Below, piece by piece: positions 1 to 10,305 of a DNA stretch of 61,166 bases; the stretch's first letter is position 1; each line of letters opens with the position of its first letter. Source of the stretch: Oscillospiraceae bacterium. Lineage in GTDB: Bacteria; Bacillota; Clostridia; Oscillospirales; WRJC01. The DNA is taken from assembly GCA_009780985.1 (NCBI GenBank), contig WQYZ01000003.1:1-61166 (forward strand), read 5' to 3'. The notes below the pieces were generated by a model. That model made no database searches. It worked only from the letters and a program-made list of their open reading frames with translations, and was not told the origin of the DNA. Both the position numbers and the translations under genes were made by a program.

Positions 1-362
1 ATAAAGTGCGGAATTGTGCTGTGATTGTTCTTGGGTACCTCAGCGGTAAGACCGTCTCCGTTCTGGATTATGACGGTGTCGCCTTCTTCGCGTATTACCT
101 GATACGGAAAAGACGGATTCATCCAGTAATTTCCGCCAAGACCGCCGAAAACGTCGAAAGAGAAAAACTGGTTTGCCTCCCATTCGTTTGTTATGCCGTT
201 GTTGACGAACAAATCCCATTGCGTATAATTTTCGTCCCAGTAGCCGAATTCTATATTAACCGTCCGGTCAAACGGTTTATAGTGCATCTGCGCGTTAAAA
301 CGGTCGCGCTGCGTCATTGTGCCTTTCCAGGGCTTTTTCATCGGTATTATTTCTTTTGCCAT
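1..362 (-). CDS. URO-D/MtaA-CmuA superfamily protein, N-terminal part (runs off window edge)
   Basis: Manually translated, not in ORF track: AAGGAG RBS then ATG at 362; MAKEIIPMKKPWKGTMTQRDRFNAQMHYKPFDR...EFGYWDE... open to position 1; resembles the paralog at 7736-8863 (EFGFY). Confidence 0.65.
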   Translation of the reverse strand, partial: MAKEIIPMKKPWKGTMTQRDRFNAQMHYKPFDRTVNIEFGYWDENYTQWDLFVNNGITNEWEANQFFSFDVFGGLGGNYWMNPSFPYQVIREEGDTVIIQNGDGLTAEVPKNNHSTIPHF

Positions 363-420
363 TTTTGCTGACTCCTTTATGATTTAATTAAAATTATTAT
401 AATATTTATAATTATGTGAT

Positions 421-830
421 TTAATCGTTAGCTGATACCTGATTGTATATCTTATCGAGTTTTGTCTGCGCGGCAGTGCTTTTTTTCTCATACGATATTG
501 ATTTCGTAGGTTATATCCAAATCGTATACGCCGCCGGCGTATATTATGTTAAGCATTTCGATCGAATCTTCGTCGCGGGTAAGTTTTACGTTCATTCATG
601 CCCTCCCTTACCGCAATATTATGAATATTTTATTCCCAATTTAAATTATCGTGTTTTAATTATAAATATAAAAATTTTTTATAATGAGTTTGAGTTAAAA
701 CAACCACATCGGTCGGTTGCTCGCTTTTACTGCTCTGCGCCAGAGTTCCCGAAGTTCCGCCGCAGTTTATAATCGTGAACAAAATTGCAGTCAGCAAAAC
801 TCCGGTTATTATCTTTTTTATATTTTTCAT
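421..830 (-). pseudogene. Remnant of an extracellular solute-binding lipoprotein gene (signal peptide and C-terminal fragments, middle missing)
   Basis: 830-660 encodes MKNIKKIITGVLLTAILFTIINCGG (lipoprotein-type signal); 595-421 encodes NVKLTRDEDSIEMLNIIYAGGVYDL then, frameshifted, YEKKSTAAQTKLDKIYNQ*, similar to the C-terminus of the SBP at 34444-36000 (KFARDNESQEMLDLIFASRLYDI). Confidence 0.55.
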
Positions 831-843
831 CTCTGTCATTTCT

Positions 844-2763
844 TTATTTTATCGAAACCGTAACAATACTGCCTTTTTTTAGAAATACTTTTTTAAAGCC
901 CGCGAGATTTTTGCACTGAACGCCGTTCAGTATTGGGATATATTCATAGCGCAAAACAGTATAATTGACGTCATAATCGCCAGTATTCGTAAGTTCTACA
1001 ATATTCGCATCAATCCAGTTTTCTTTTATGTCGCAGTACGTAAGTCCGTAACCAAATTCATATAAAGGTTTTCCATGGAAAAATTTGTATGTGCGGTTTT
1101 CCATGGAATAATCGTTGAACGGCGGCAAATCCGCTGTACTTCTATAAAATGTCACGGGGAGCCTGCCGCATGGGGATTCTTTGCCGAAAATAATGTCTGC
1201 CAACGCTCCGCCGCCCTCCGCGCCGGGATAAAAACACTGGACGACAGCCGCGCATTTTTCGTCCTGTGCCGTCAGATTTACGCAGCTGCCGCTGACGTTT
1301 ATAAAAATCACAGGTTTACCGGTTTTTATTATCTCGTCAAACAATTTTTTCTGTATTTCAGGAAGTTCGATATCTCGTTTGTCGCCGCTGATTGAACCGT
1401 TATACGCGTCGCCTTCTTCGCCTTCCATTGACGGGTTTAACCCCATAATCATAATTACAGCGTCAGATTTGTCTGCCGCGATAATCGCTTCGCGCGTCGG
1501 CTGTTCCGCCCAATCGTGCGCCGCATCGCCGAATATATCGCACCCTCTGGCATAATAAACTTTTTGATTATTTTCTTTTGCGGCTTCCTGAATCCCGCGT
1601 AAAAGCGTCGTATATGACGACGGCGTTCCGTTGTAATTTCCGAGCAGTACGGATTTATCGTCTGCATTTGGACCGATGACGGCGATTTTTTTGATTTTAT
1701 CGCTTTTAATCGGCAGAATATTGTTGTTTTTGAGCAAAACGATACTTTCACGCGCCATTTTTCTGCTGAGACCGTGATGTTTTTCACAGTCCACAACGTC
1801 GTAAGATATCTTGTCGTATTCGCAGTCATTATCGAACATTCCAAGTCTGAACCGTGCTGTGAACAAACGCTCAACCGTCTCGGTTATTTTTTCTTCAGTT
1901 ATATAACCCTCGGCAACTGCAACTTTCAGATACGGATACGAACAGCCGCAATTCAAATCGCAACCGTTGTTGACTGCGAGAGCCGCGCTTTCCGCTTCGT
2001 TTTTCGTTATTTTGTGTCCGCTGTTGATGTCGTTGATCGCACCGCAGTCGGATACGACATAACCGTCGAAAGCGAATTCGCCGCGCAGAATATCTGTCAG
2101 CAAAGTTTTGCTCGCGCAGCACGCCTCGCCGTTTACGCGGTTGTATGCGCCCATGACCGCCGACGGGTCGGCGTTTTCGACGCAATATTTAAACGCTGCG
2201 AGATATGTTTCGTACAAATCTTTTTTACTTACGACCGCGTCGAAACTGTGACGTTCGGACTCCGGACCGCTGTGTACTGCGTAATGCTTGATTGTTGCGT
2301 CAAGTTTCCTGTATTTGCCGCTGCCCTGAAGTCCTCTTATAAACGCCGTTCCCATTTTCCCCGTAAGATACGGGTCTTCCCCATAAGTTTCGTGACCCCT
2401 GCCCCAGCGCGGGTCTCTGAAAATATTTATATTTGGCGACCAGTATGTGAGTCCCTGATAAATCAGGGTATTCCCGAACTTTTTGTACTCGTTGTATTTT
2501 GCCCTAGCTTCGTCGGATATGGCGGTCGCGACTTCATACATCAATTCTTCGTCGAAACTCGCCGCCATAGCTATCGCCTGCGGAAATACAGTCGCGGTAC
2601 CCGCCCGTGCAACTCCGTGCAGACATTCGTTCCACCAGTTGTACGCGGGGACGCCCAACCGTTCGATTGCCATTGATTCATGCGTCATCTGCGAAATTTT
2701 TTCCGCGAGCGTCATTTTCGACACAAGTTCTTTTGCTCTTTCTTTGAAATCCGTATTATTCAT
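844..2763 (-). CDS. Glycoside hydrolase family 3 (beta-xylosidase/beta-glucosidase), cytoplasmic
   Basis: WWNECLHGVARAG, WSPNINIFRDPRWGRGHETYGEDP, KHYAVH, VVSDCGA (nucleophile Asp); no signal peptide. Confidence 0.93.
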   Translation of the reverse strand: MNNTDFKERAKELVSKMTLAEKISQMTHESMAIERLGVPAYNWWNECLHGVARAGTATVFPQAIAMAASFDEELMYEVATAISDEARAKYNEYKKFGNTLIYQGLTYWSPNINIFRDPRWGRGHETYGEDPYLTGKMGTAFIRGLQGSGKYRKLDATIKHYAVHSGPESERHSFDAVVSKKDLYETYLAAFKYCVENADPSAVMGAYNRVNGEACCASKTLLTDILRGEFAFDGYVVSDCGAINDINSGHKITKNEAESAALAVNNGCDLNCGCSYPYLKVAVAEGYITEEKITETVERLFTARFRLGMFDNDCEYDKISYDVVDCEKHHGLSRKMARESIVLLKNNNILPIKSDKIKKIAVIGPNADDKSVLLGNYNGTPSSYTTLLRGIQEAAKENNQKVYYARGCDIFGDAAHDWAEQPTREAIIAADKSDAVIMIMGLNPSMEGEEGDAYNGSISGDKRDIELPEIQKKLFDEIIKTGKPVIFINVSGSCVNLTAQDEKCAAVVQCFYPGAEGGGALADIIFGKESPCGRLPVTFYRSTADLPPFNDYSMENRTYKFFHGKPLYEFGYGLTYCDIKENWIDANIVELTNTGDYDVNYTVLRYEYIPILNGVQCKNLAGFKKVFLKKGSIVTVSIK

Positions 2764-2797
2764 ATTTTGGCACCTCTTGTTTATATTTTATAATATT

Positions 2798-3682
2798 TTA
2801 CTTAGGGTTCATACATAAATCTATAAATTTTTTCATTGACGGAGTAAGATATTTATTTTTATGATAAGCAATTTTAAAAGTGCGGCAAAAACGCATTCCT
2901 TCGATAGTTTTTGCACACAGTTTCTCAAAATCAACTTCTTTCCGAACCGCGATTTTTGATATGACAGATACGCCTAATCCAGCCATAACCGCTTCTTTAA
3001 TAGTATCCGTATTATTGCATACCCATTTGGCGTTCCAAGAAATTTGATAAGCCGACATAACATCCTCAAATGTTTTTCTGGTTCCGCTTCCGGGTTCGCG
3101 GATAATAAAATCTTCTTTTTCGAGCTCGTGAGATTCTATAACAGGCATCGAGGCAAATCTGTGTTTTACGCCGCAAATAAGCGTCAGTTCGTCGTCCGCA
3201 AAAGACATAGTTATAATATCAGGCGATATGATTTCGCCCTCCACTAATCCTAAATCTGTTTTATCCGACAATAACCGTTCTTCAATCTTTACCGTATTGT
3301 CTTCAAAAACCGTTATGTCAATCTGAGGATTGGACTGTTTGAAAGACGCAACAAGGGCGGGCAGGACATTCGCGCCTACCGTGACGCTCGCGCCGAGCCT
3401 TATTGAACCGCTTTCTTTCAAAGCCTTCATTTCTTTCTCGATGTCCGCGTTCATTCCTATGATGTGCTGCGCATAACTGTACAGTTTTTCCCCAGCCGGC
3501 GTGAGATAAAGTTTGCGCGAAAGGCGTTCAAACAGACGGACGTCATAATATTTTTCGAGGTCGTTTACCGCCTGACTGATTGCGGACTGCGATATGAAAA
3601 GCTGTTCTGCCGCTGCAGTCATGCGCATAGTATTACAGACGGCGACAAAGATTTCAAAATAACGGAGCGTCAAAACAATCAC
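2798..3682 (-). CDS. LysR-family transcriptional regulator (CysL/YeiE-like)
   Basis: N-terminal HTH (TAAAEQLFISQSAISQ...LFERLSRKLYLTPAGE), IIREPGSGTR motif; divergent from a YeiH gene. Confidence 0.92.
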   Translation of the reverse strand: MIVLTLRYFEIFVAVCNTMRMTAAAEQLFISQSAISQAVNDLEKYYDVRLFERLSRKLYLTPAGEKLYSYAQHIIGMNADIEKEMKALKESGSIRLGASVTVGANVLPALVASFKQSNPQIDITVFEDNTVKIEERLLSDKTDLGLVEGEIISPDIITMSFADDELTLICGVKHRFASMPVIESHELEKEDFIIREPGSGTRKTFEDVMSAYQISWNAKWVCNNTDTIKEAVMAGLGVSVISKIAVRKEVDFEKLCAKTIEGMRFCRTFKIAYHKNKYLTPSMKKFIDLCMNPK

Positions 3683-3691
3683 CTTTTATAA

Positions 3692-3707
3692 ATTAGTTTT
3701 AACTTAT
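3692..3707. promoter_or_regulatory. Candidate LysR T-N11-A box
   Basis: ATTAG-N6-CTTAT imperfect dyad between divergent lysR and yeiH. Confidence 0.4.
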
Positions 3708-3729
3708 GTATATAATAAGATTATAATAT

Positions 3730-3758
3730 TTGACTTATAATATATTGTGTGCTATAAT
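3730..3758 (+). promoter_or_regulatory. Sigma-A promoter of the YeiH gene
   Basis: TTGACT-N17-TATAAT with extended -10 TG. Confidence 0.7.
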
Positions 3759-3801
3759 TTAAACACGCAATAAATATATTACGAAAGGATTGGTTATTAC
3801 A

Positions 3802-4851
3802 ATGGCTGCCTCAAAGTGGTATCATATTATACCGGGTATAATGCTGTGTTTCGTGCTGGCTGTGCCGTCATGGCTTCTCGGCAAAACGTTCCCGATTATA
3901 GGAGGTCCTGTTTTTGCGATTGTCATCGGTATATTAATTTCCTTGTTTTTCCCAAAGCTAACTGTTTATAAGTTTAAGAAAACGCTGACATTTGAACACG
4001 GCGTCAAGTATACGTCAAAAAAATTACTTCAATACTCTATTGTCCTTTTAGGATTTGAAATGAATCTCTACAACGTTATAAACGTGGGGGGACAGTCTTT
4101 GCTTGTAATGCTTTTTACGCTTTCCGCGGCGTTTCTGACAGCGTTTTTCGTAGGCAAAGCGTTAAAACTTCCGGGCGACGCCACCACTCTAATTGGGGTC
4201 GGGACGTCCATATGCGGCGGTTCGGCGATCGCCGCAACCGCTCCGATAATCCGCGCTAAGGACGAAGACGTAAGCCAGGCGATTTCCACAATATTTCTGT
4301 TCAATATAATCGCCGTCTTTATTTTCCCCATATTGGGCAGACTAATGCACATGAGCGACATCGGATTCGGTATGTGGGCTGGAACCGCCGTCAATGATAC
4401 ATCGTCCGTCGTTGCGGCAGGCACGTCATGGAGCAACGCCGTCGGCAACAATACCGCGCTCCAGTTTGCGACAATCGTGAAACTCACGCGGACGCTTATG
4501 ATAGTCCCGGTTACGCTTGCTCTGGCTGTCTATACCACGCGCAAACGCGACCGTAAAATCGAACAGGACGGAGGCGGGAATTTTAGTTTTGTAAAAGTCT
4601 TTCCGTGGTTTGTAATTTTTTTCGTCATTGCCGCCGTATTAAACACATTTGCCGGGATTCCAGCGCAATGGTCGTCTGTATTGACAGAAATAGGCAAATT
4701 TGTGATTATAATGGCTATGGGCGCAATCGGACTGAACACAAACCTGAAAAAACTTGTCTCAAACGGAATAAAACCGATTTTACTCGGACTTTCCTGTTGG
4801 TTTGCGGTTGCCGCCGTCTCGCTGATAGTTCAAAATGTAATGGGGATTTGA
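3802..4851 (+). CDS. YeiH/UPF0324 family membrane transporter (putative sulfate exporter)
   Basis: Polytopic; GTSICGGSAIAA, GTAVNDTSSVVAAG, ATIVKLTRTL motifs; start may be TTG at 3790. Confidence 0.9.
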   Translation: MAASKWYHIIPGIMLCFVLAVPSWLLGKTFPIIGGPVFAIVIGILISLFFPKLTVYKFKKTLTFEHGVKYTSKKLLQYSIVLLGFEMNLYNVINVGGQSLLVMLFTLSAAFLTAFFVGKALKLPGDATTLIGVGTSICGGSAIAATAPIIRAKDEDVSQAISTIFLFNIIAVFIFPILGRLMHMSDIGFGMWAGTAVNDTSSVVAAGTSWSNAVGNNTALQFATIVKLTRTLMIVPVTLALAVYTTRKRDRKIEQDGGGNFSFVKVFPWFVIFFVIAAVLNTFAGIPAQWSSVLTEIGKFVIIMAMGAIGLNTNLKKLVSNGIKPILLGLSCWFAVAAVSLIVQNVMGI

Positions 4852-4865
4852 AGTCTTTATTTTTA

Positions 4866-7481
4866 TTATTCTGTTCTGAGTGCGACGACAGGGTCTTTCT
4901 TCGCCGCCATTTTAGACGGTATAAGACCTGCGATAAACGTCAAAATCATGCTGATTATTATCAGCGCAATCCCGCCGAGCAGCGGGAGAGCCGCAACTCC
5001 CGATATTTTCGTCAGAGCTTTTATTATAATATTCGCCGGAATACATAACAGCAGCGTCACACCTATCCCGATTAATCCGGCAACAAATCCGACAATTAAA
5101 GTCTCCGCGTTGAACACTCTCGATATATCTCCCTTTGCCGCTCCGATACTGCGCAGGATTCCGATTTCTTTTGTGCGTTCGAGAACTGAAATGTATGTGA
5201 TAATTCCAATCATAATTGAAGAAACCACAAGCGATATTGCTACAAACGCGATTAAAATATAACTTATTGTTTTGATTATATTGCTTACCGACGACATCAT
5301 CAGCCCTACATAATCTGTGTAATGTATAACGTATTTGTCATTTCCCGCCGCAGTCATGCTGTTATTATAATCGTCTATTATTTTTATTATTTTATCTTTT
5401 GACGCAAAATCCGCCGGATATATGCTTATGCTCGTCGGATTGTTCAAGTCTGAAACTCCCAGAGTTGTCATATTTCCGTCGTATGTCGCGTCAGATTTGT
5501 TATTCGCCAAGTAATTTTGTATTAATGCCGAACGTTCGTCGTCTGTGAGCGTCGCCAAATATGCCTGCTGGTCTGCAGGAAGAACGCTGTAGTCGAAAGT
5601 GGACGGGTCAACCGGCTGAGTGCTATCGGAAAAAGGCAGACCGGTGAATATATCCGCGTTCGGGTTAGCTTCCTGAGCCTTTACTATTTCGCTGTTGTTT
5701 ACTTCATCTATCAGGTGATTCATTAATGCGGTCGTATAACCTATATACCCGCCGGTCTGATTCATATTTGTGGCGGAGGTGTCCGCCGGTTTTACAATGC
5801 CGACTACTTTTAGCATTTCACCGTTGTCTACAACCTGTTTCATAAATATATCGTCGTCTTTTTTACTTTCCCATTTTGTATCGCTGTCTTTTTGGTAAAA
5901 AGCTGTATTCAGCACAAGTTTAAAAGTGAGGGACAGCAAGTCGTCATAAGTATATACGGACTGATCTTCGTTGAGCATGATTTTCTGGTCGGAGCCTATA
6001 TTGTTTACGGCGTCGGTTAAAGCCGTCGTGTCTTTCAATCCGAGAGAATATAAAGTGTAATCTGTAATTTCGTTTTTATCATTTACGACTAACATGACTT
6101 CGTCATACGCTTCAGGGAACCGTCCGGCGATTATATTGTACTGCTCTTTCAATACATCGGGATTATCCAAAAGCTGCTGCCAAATATCTGTGTTTGTCAT
6201 GCCGCTGCTCATGATACCGCCGCCCATGCCTCTCACGCCGAGCGAGCGCAGTAAATTACTTGGATTTACCTGCACAATATCTGCAGACGTATCGGTTTTA
6301 TATATATTTAAAGTAGTGCCGTAGCCGTACTGAATATCGCTAGAAAGACTTTTAATGCTATCTTTGTCCTGCTGACTTTCCGTCTCTATATAATTTTTAA
6401 AATTTTGCAAATCGTTTGTGGAAACCTGCGATATCATTGTATTAAGCATTTTTTCCATCACGTTATTTGAGTATATTTTATCGAGAGGGTGGTCTGTCTG
6501 GGATTTGCTCATTCCCATAGACGCACTAACAAGCGCGCTTACGTCAACTGCGCTCTGCTGTATTGTAATCGGGTAGCTTGAAAGGGTGTCATGCTCGACT
6601 CTGGTAATATAATTCTGCGCCCCGTTGGACAGCGACATAATCAAGGCAATTCCGATAATTCCTATGCTTCCGGCAAAAGACGTAAGGATAGTTCTCGCCT
6701 TTTTTGTCATAAGATTCGTAAGGCTCAGAGATAAAGCCGTAAAGAACGACATATAAGTCTTTTTTTTCTTACCGGTCTTTTCTTCTTTTTTCTGTTCTTC
6801 TTCGGAATAGGGATTCGAATCGCTTATGACTGTGCCATCCAATAATCTGATAATTCTGGTGGAATATTTTTCGGCTAAATCTGGATTGTGAGTAACCATG
6901 ATAACGAGCCTGTCTTTTGCGATTTCTTTAAGTATCTCCATAATCTGCACGCTCGTTTCGGAATCCAAAGCCCCTGTAGGCTCGTCTGCGAGAACTATCT
7001 CGGGGTCGTTGACAAGAGCTCTGGCGATTGCGACTCTCTGCATTTGCCCGCCGGATAACTGATTTGGCTTTTTGTGTATCTGGTCGCCGAGACCTACCTG
7101 ATTTAACACTTCTACGGCGTGCTGGCGGCGTTTTGACTTCGATACGCCGGATAATGTCATGGCGAGTTCAACGTTTGCAAGAACAGTCTGGTGGGATATT
7201 AAATTATATGTCTGAAACACAAATCCTATAGAATTATTTCTGTAAGCATCCCAGTCGCCGTCTTTGAATTCTTTTGTGGAAATTCCGTCCACAGACAAAT
7301 CGCCGCTTGTATATCTGTCAAGACCGCCGATTATATTGAGCATAGTCGTTTTTCCGCATCCCGACGGTCCGAGAACGGAAACAAACTCGCTTTTTCTGAA
7401 CTCTAAATTTATTCCTCTGAGTGCCTGAACGACAGTATCGCCTGTGACATAGTGTTTGACGATATTTTTCAACAATAACAT
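4866..7481 (-). CDS. Fused ABC transporter ATPase/permease (MacB/FtsX-like)
   Basis: GPSGCGKTT, LSGGQMQR, LADEPTGALD; C-terminal ERTKEIGILRSIGA permease motif. Confidence 0.92.
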   Translation of the reverse strand: MLLLKNIVKHYVTGDTVVQALRGINLEFRKSEFVSVLGPSGCGKTTMLNIIGGLDRYTSGDLSVDGISTKEFKDGDWDAYRNNSIGFVFQTYNLISHQTVLANVELAMTLSGVSKSKRRQHAVEVLNQVGLGDQIHKKPNQLSGGQMQRVAIARALVNDPEIVLADEPTGALDSETSVQIMEILKEIAKDRLVIMVTHNPDLAEKYSTRIIRLLDGTVISDSNPYSEEEQKKEEKTGKKKKTYMSFFTALSLSLTNLMTKKARTILTSFAGSIGIIGIALIMSLSNGAQNYITRVEHDTLSSYPITIQQSAVDVSALVSASMGMSKSQTDHPLDKIYSNNVMEKMLNTMISQVSTNDLQNFKNYIETESQQDKDSIKSLSSDIQYGYGTTLNIYKTDTSADIVQVNPSNLLRSLGVRGMGGGIMSSGMTNTDIWQQLLDNPDVLKEQYNIIAGRFPEAYDEVMLVVNDKNEITDYTLYSLGLKDTTALTDAVNNIGSDQKIMLNEDQSVYTYDDLLSLTFKLVLNTAFYQKDSDTKWESKKDDDIFMKQVVDNGEMLKVVGIVKPADTSATNMNQTGGYIGYTTALMNHLIDEVNNSEIVKAQEANPNADIFTGLPFSDSTQPVDPSTFDYSVLPADQQAYLATLTDDERSALIQNYLANNKSDATYDGNMTTLGVSDLNNPTSISIYPADFASKDKIIKIIDDYNNSMTAAGNDKYVIHYTDYVGLMMSSVSNIIKTISYILIAFVAISLVVSSIMIGIITYISVLERTKEIGILRSIGAAKGDISRVFNAETLIVGFVAGLIGIGVTLLLCIPANIIIKALTKISGVAALPLLGGIALIIISMILTFIAGLIPSKMAAKKDPVVALRTE

Positions 7482-7637
7482 TTAATATGAAAATCTCCTT
7501 TTAACTTTTATAACTTTTGCCTTTTTAACTATATAAAACTATATATTTTTTTATTATATGCTTTTAATATAAACTAAATTTAAACTAATATTTGTATAAT
7601 ATAAACTTTTTTGTGATGAATTTAACAAATACACAGT

Positions 7638-7663
7638 AAAAGACGGCGCGACAGCCGTCTTTT
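7638..7663. terminator. Intrinsic terminator hairpin downstream of URO-D-like gene
   Basis: AAAAGACGGC-gcgaca-GCCGTCTTTT. Confidence 0.65.
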
Positions 7664-7735
7664 TGGAGTTTTATTTGTAATGCTTAATTATCTAATCGAC
7701 AGCTTTCAGTCCGCAAACCGAAAGCCGCCGTCGTT

Positions 7736-8863
7736 TTAATCTTTAAATTCAACCATTCTTTTTCTGAAATGCATATAGTCGTTAAAATCCACTTCCTCCG
7801 GCACACCATGGTCGCATACCGGAATATATCCCCCGCGCTTCTTCATAACCGGCATAATCCTGTCGATTTCGCGGTCGATTGCGTCTTTTCCCGCCGCCAA
7901 AATACGCTTGTCTATTCCGCCGCGTATTTTCAAATCCGGGTACTTTTTCCCGACTTCCACAACATCGCAGCCAGCCGCGACTTCAAACGGCGACATATGA
8001 TCAAGTCCGATTTCCTCGTACAAATCTATAATCGGGTAAACAAATCCGTCGGTTGCGAGATGAAAAAATAAATGCCGCGATTTGTCTGTCTGCCGCGATT
8101 TTGTATTGTTTATCAACTGCCGATAATAGGGAAACAAAAATTCATGAATCATATCGGACGAAATAAGCGGTCCGTTTTTATAACATATATCTTCATCAAA
8201 TATAAGTTCATCTAATACAACATATTTCTGCTGTTCGGCTATAATTCTGTCCGCAAGTTCGAACCATGTTTTCATACAGTCATGTATAAGCTCCGGCTCG
8301 TCGTAGAATTTATATAAAACACCCTCGGGTCCCATGAGGCTTCGCAGATACATGTAACCGCCCACTAAATACTGCTGGATTACGCACCCTTCTTCTTCCC
8401 TGTCTATTGCAGGTTTTATATTTTTTTCAAAATTCGCATATCTTTCCGGCGAATTAGGGTTCATACGCCATTTGCAGTTTTCTTCCCACGATTTCATATC
8501 TTTGACAGGGTGATCGACATATTCGGGCATAAATCCGTTTCTGCGACCTTTAAAATACAGCACGCGCCGACCCGCGAAATCCTGAACTAATTCGTAATCG
8601 CCTCTGTCTTCCAAAATTTTTTCCTCAAAATACGGACAGAACGCAGCTTCGCACCCGCCGAGCCCTCCTAGCGTGGTGCACCCGGCATCTTCATACATAA
8701 ATAATTCGTTTAAATTCGTGCCGTCGGATATATATCCCTGACTTTTCCACTTATCAAGGCAGTAAAATCCGAATTCTGTCTGGATTATTCCCGAATCCGG
8801 CTTTATCGCGTAAAAATCGCGTACTTTTTTTGCCGCGGACGTCATTTTTTTATAATCTGTCAT
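7736..8863 (-). CDS. URO-D/MtaA-CmuA (uroporphyrinogen decarboxylase-like) family protein
   Basis: EDICYKNGPLISS, HLATDG, PFEVAAGCD, GGIDKRIL, GGYIPVCDHGVP motifs; ATG at 8863 preferred over 8884. Confidence 0.8.
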   Translation of the reverse strand: MTDYKKMTSAAKKVRDFYAIKPDSGIIQTEFGFYCLDKWKSQGYISDGTNLNELFMYEDAGCTTLGGLGGCEAAFCPYFEEKILEDRGDYELVQDFAGRRVLYFKGRRNGFMPEYVDHPVKDMKSWEENCKWRMNPNSPERYANFEKNIKPAIDREEEGCVIQQYLVGGYMYLRSLMGPEGVLYKFYDEPELIHDCMKTWFELADRIIAEQQKYVVLDELIFDEDICYKNGPLISSDMIHEFLFPYYRQLINNTKSRQTDKSRHLFFHLATDGFVYPIIDLYEEIGLDHMSPFEVAAGCDVVEVGKKYPDLKIRGGIDKRILAAGKDAIDREIDRIMPVMKKRGGYIPVCDHGVPEEVDFNDYMHFRKRMVEFKD

Positions 8864-8905
8864 TATTTTATCACGCCCTTTCACTGCGCTTATTATCTTG
8901 TATTA

Positions 8906-10270
8906 TTAATTCCCCGGCACGGCAACAGTTGTATCTGGAACCTCTGTTGTGTCTGGAATATTTGCCATTCCGGTCGTATCCGCCGAATTTGACGTATCTG
9001 TAGTATCCGGCACATCGGCGGGTTTTTCAAGAACCATTTTCCCGTTGTCGAACCATCCCGAATATGTTCTGCCGCTTGTCCAGTAATATGTCCCCCACCC
9101 GTGCATGGTGTTGTGCATAAAATCCCCCTCATAGTATTCGCCCGAAGCCCATGTATATTTGCCTGTCCCGTTATACGAATCATTTTCAAAATTGCCCTCG
9201 TACACGTCTCCGTTCGCCCATGCGTACTTGCCTTCGCCCTGTTTTACATCGTTCACATAGTTTCCGTCATATACGGACCCGTCTGCGAAAACATTCACTC
9301 CATGTCCGTTTTTCATATTATTTTTAAAACTCCCGGTATAAGAAGTACCGTCGCTCCATGTGAATACACCGTCGCCTTCTTTTTGACCGTTTAATATGTT
9401 TCCGACATAACTGTCGCCCTGAGCAAATAAAAATTCGCACTTCCCGGTTTTTTCGTCCGCGGCAAAATCGCCGTAATATATATCTCCGCTTTTATAATAA
9501 TACAAGCCTTTGCCGTCTTTCTGAATATTGCTGTTTATCGCTCCGATATACAAATCTTCCGCGTGGCCGCCTTTTTCGTAATATATTCTGTATATGTCAT
9601 ACGCAGGGTATAAATTTATTATATTGCCGCTGGCAAGCGTGAAAGTCGCAAAAGTTATCTGTTCGCTGTTTACAAACTGCAAAACGTCGCCTTTGTACAC
9701 TTTTGATTTATCGTCCTGCTGCGACACGTCAAAATCCACATATGACGATGTATTTGTTTTTGTAGCCACTAAAATCCACACTTTTCCGTCAGACGTGTGA
9801 ATTTCGCCGTATTTTATGTTATTCTTATCGGATTGATAATTTTTTATCAAAGTGCCGAAATCTTCTTTATGAAACATTATTCTGTCGTCCGAAGTGTTAA
9901 ATATAAAATTGTTCATCGGAAAATAATCCGTCATTTCTTTCGGCAAAGTATCGTTTATAATTTTTAAAACGTCGTCTGCGGGCGTAAGATTCAGAATTTT
10001 AAGCTGCCCGGCAAGATTCTTGTCTTTGATTTCTACCGTATAAAATTTCTGCAGACCGATACTCGCAACGGTATCTTCAAACCACATACTGCCGTTTGCT
10101 ATATTGCCGCTTTTGTCTACGCTGCCGAAATATTTTATTCCGGTATCCGCAGTTTTCATGTATCTTAAACCGGATTGATATATTATAATCACAACCGCTA
10201 TTATACAAATAATGGCGGCAATAAATATTGAAAGTATTATCGCGCCCGTTCTGTGATATTTTCTTTTCAT
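8906..10270 (-). CDS. MORN-repeat protein with N-terminal membrane anchor
   Basis: Repeated YxGxFxNxxKxGxGxYxWxxG units in C-terminal half; N-terminal hydrophobic helix; PDTT-repeat tail. Confidence 0.85.
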   Translation of the reverse strand: MKRKYHRTGAIILSIFIAAIICIIAVVIIIYQSGLRYMKTADTGIKYFGSVDKSGNIANGSMWFEDTVASIGLQKFYTVEIKDKNLAGQLKILNLTPADDVLKIINDTLPKEMTDYFPMNNFIFNTSDDRIMFHKEDFGTLIKNYQSDKNNIKYGEIHTSDGKVWILVATKTNTSSYVDFDVSQQDDKSKVYKGDVLQFVNSEQITFATFTLASGNIINLYPAYDIYRIYYEKGGHAEDLYIGAINSNIQKDGKGLYYYKSGDIYYGDFAADEKTGKCEFLFAQGDSYVGNILNGQKEGDGVFTWSDGTSYTGSFKNNMKNGHGVNVFADGSVYDGNYVNDVKQGEGKYAWANGDVYEGNFENDSYNGTGKYTWASGEYYEGDFMHNTMHGWGTYYWTSGRTYSGWFDNGKMVLEKPADVPDTTDTSNSADTTGMANIPDTTEVPDTTVAVPGN

Positions 10271-10305
10271 ATAAATATTTTAACACCCTTATTAATTTAT
10301 TAAAC

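Noticed and set aside
1075-2818. Long plus-strand ORFs (e.g. 1774-2676) and similar antisense ORFs across the window
   Set aside because: Shadows of well-supported genes on the opposite strand; no recognisable motifs
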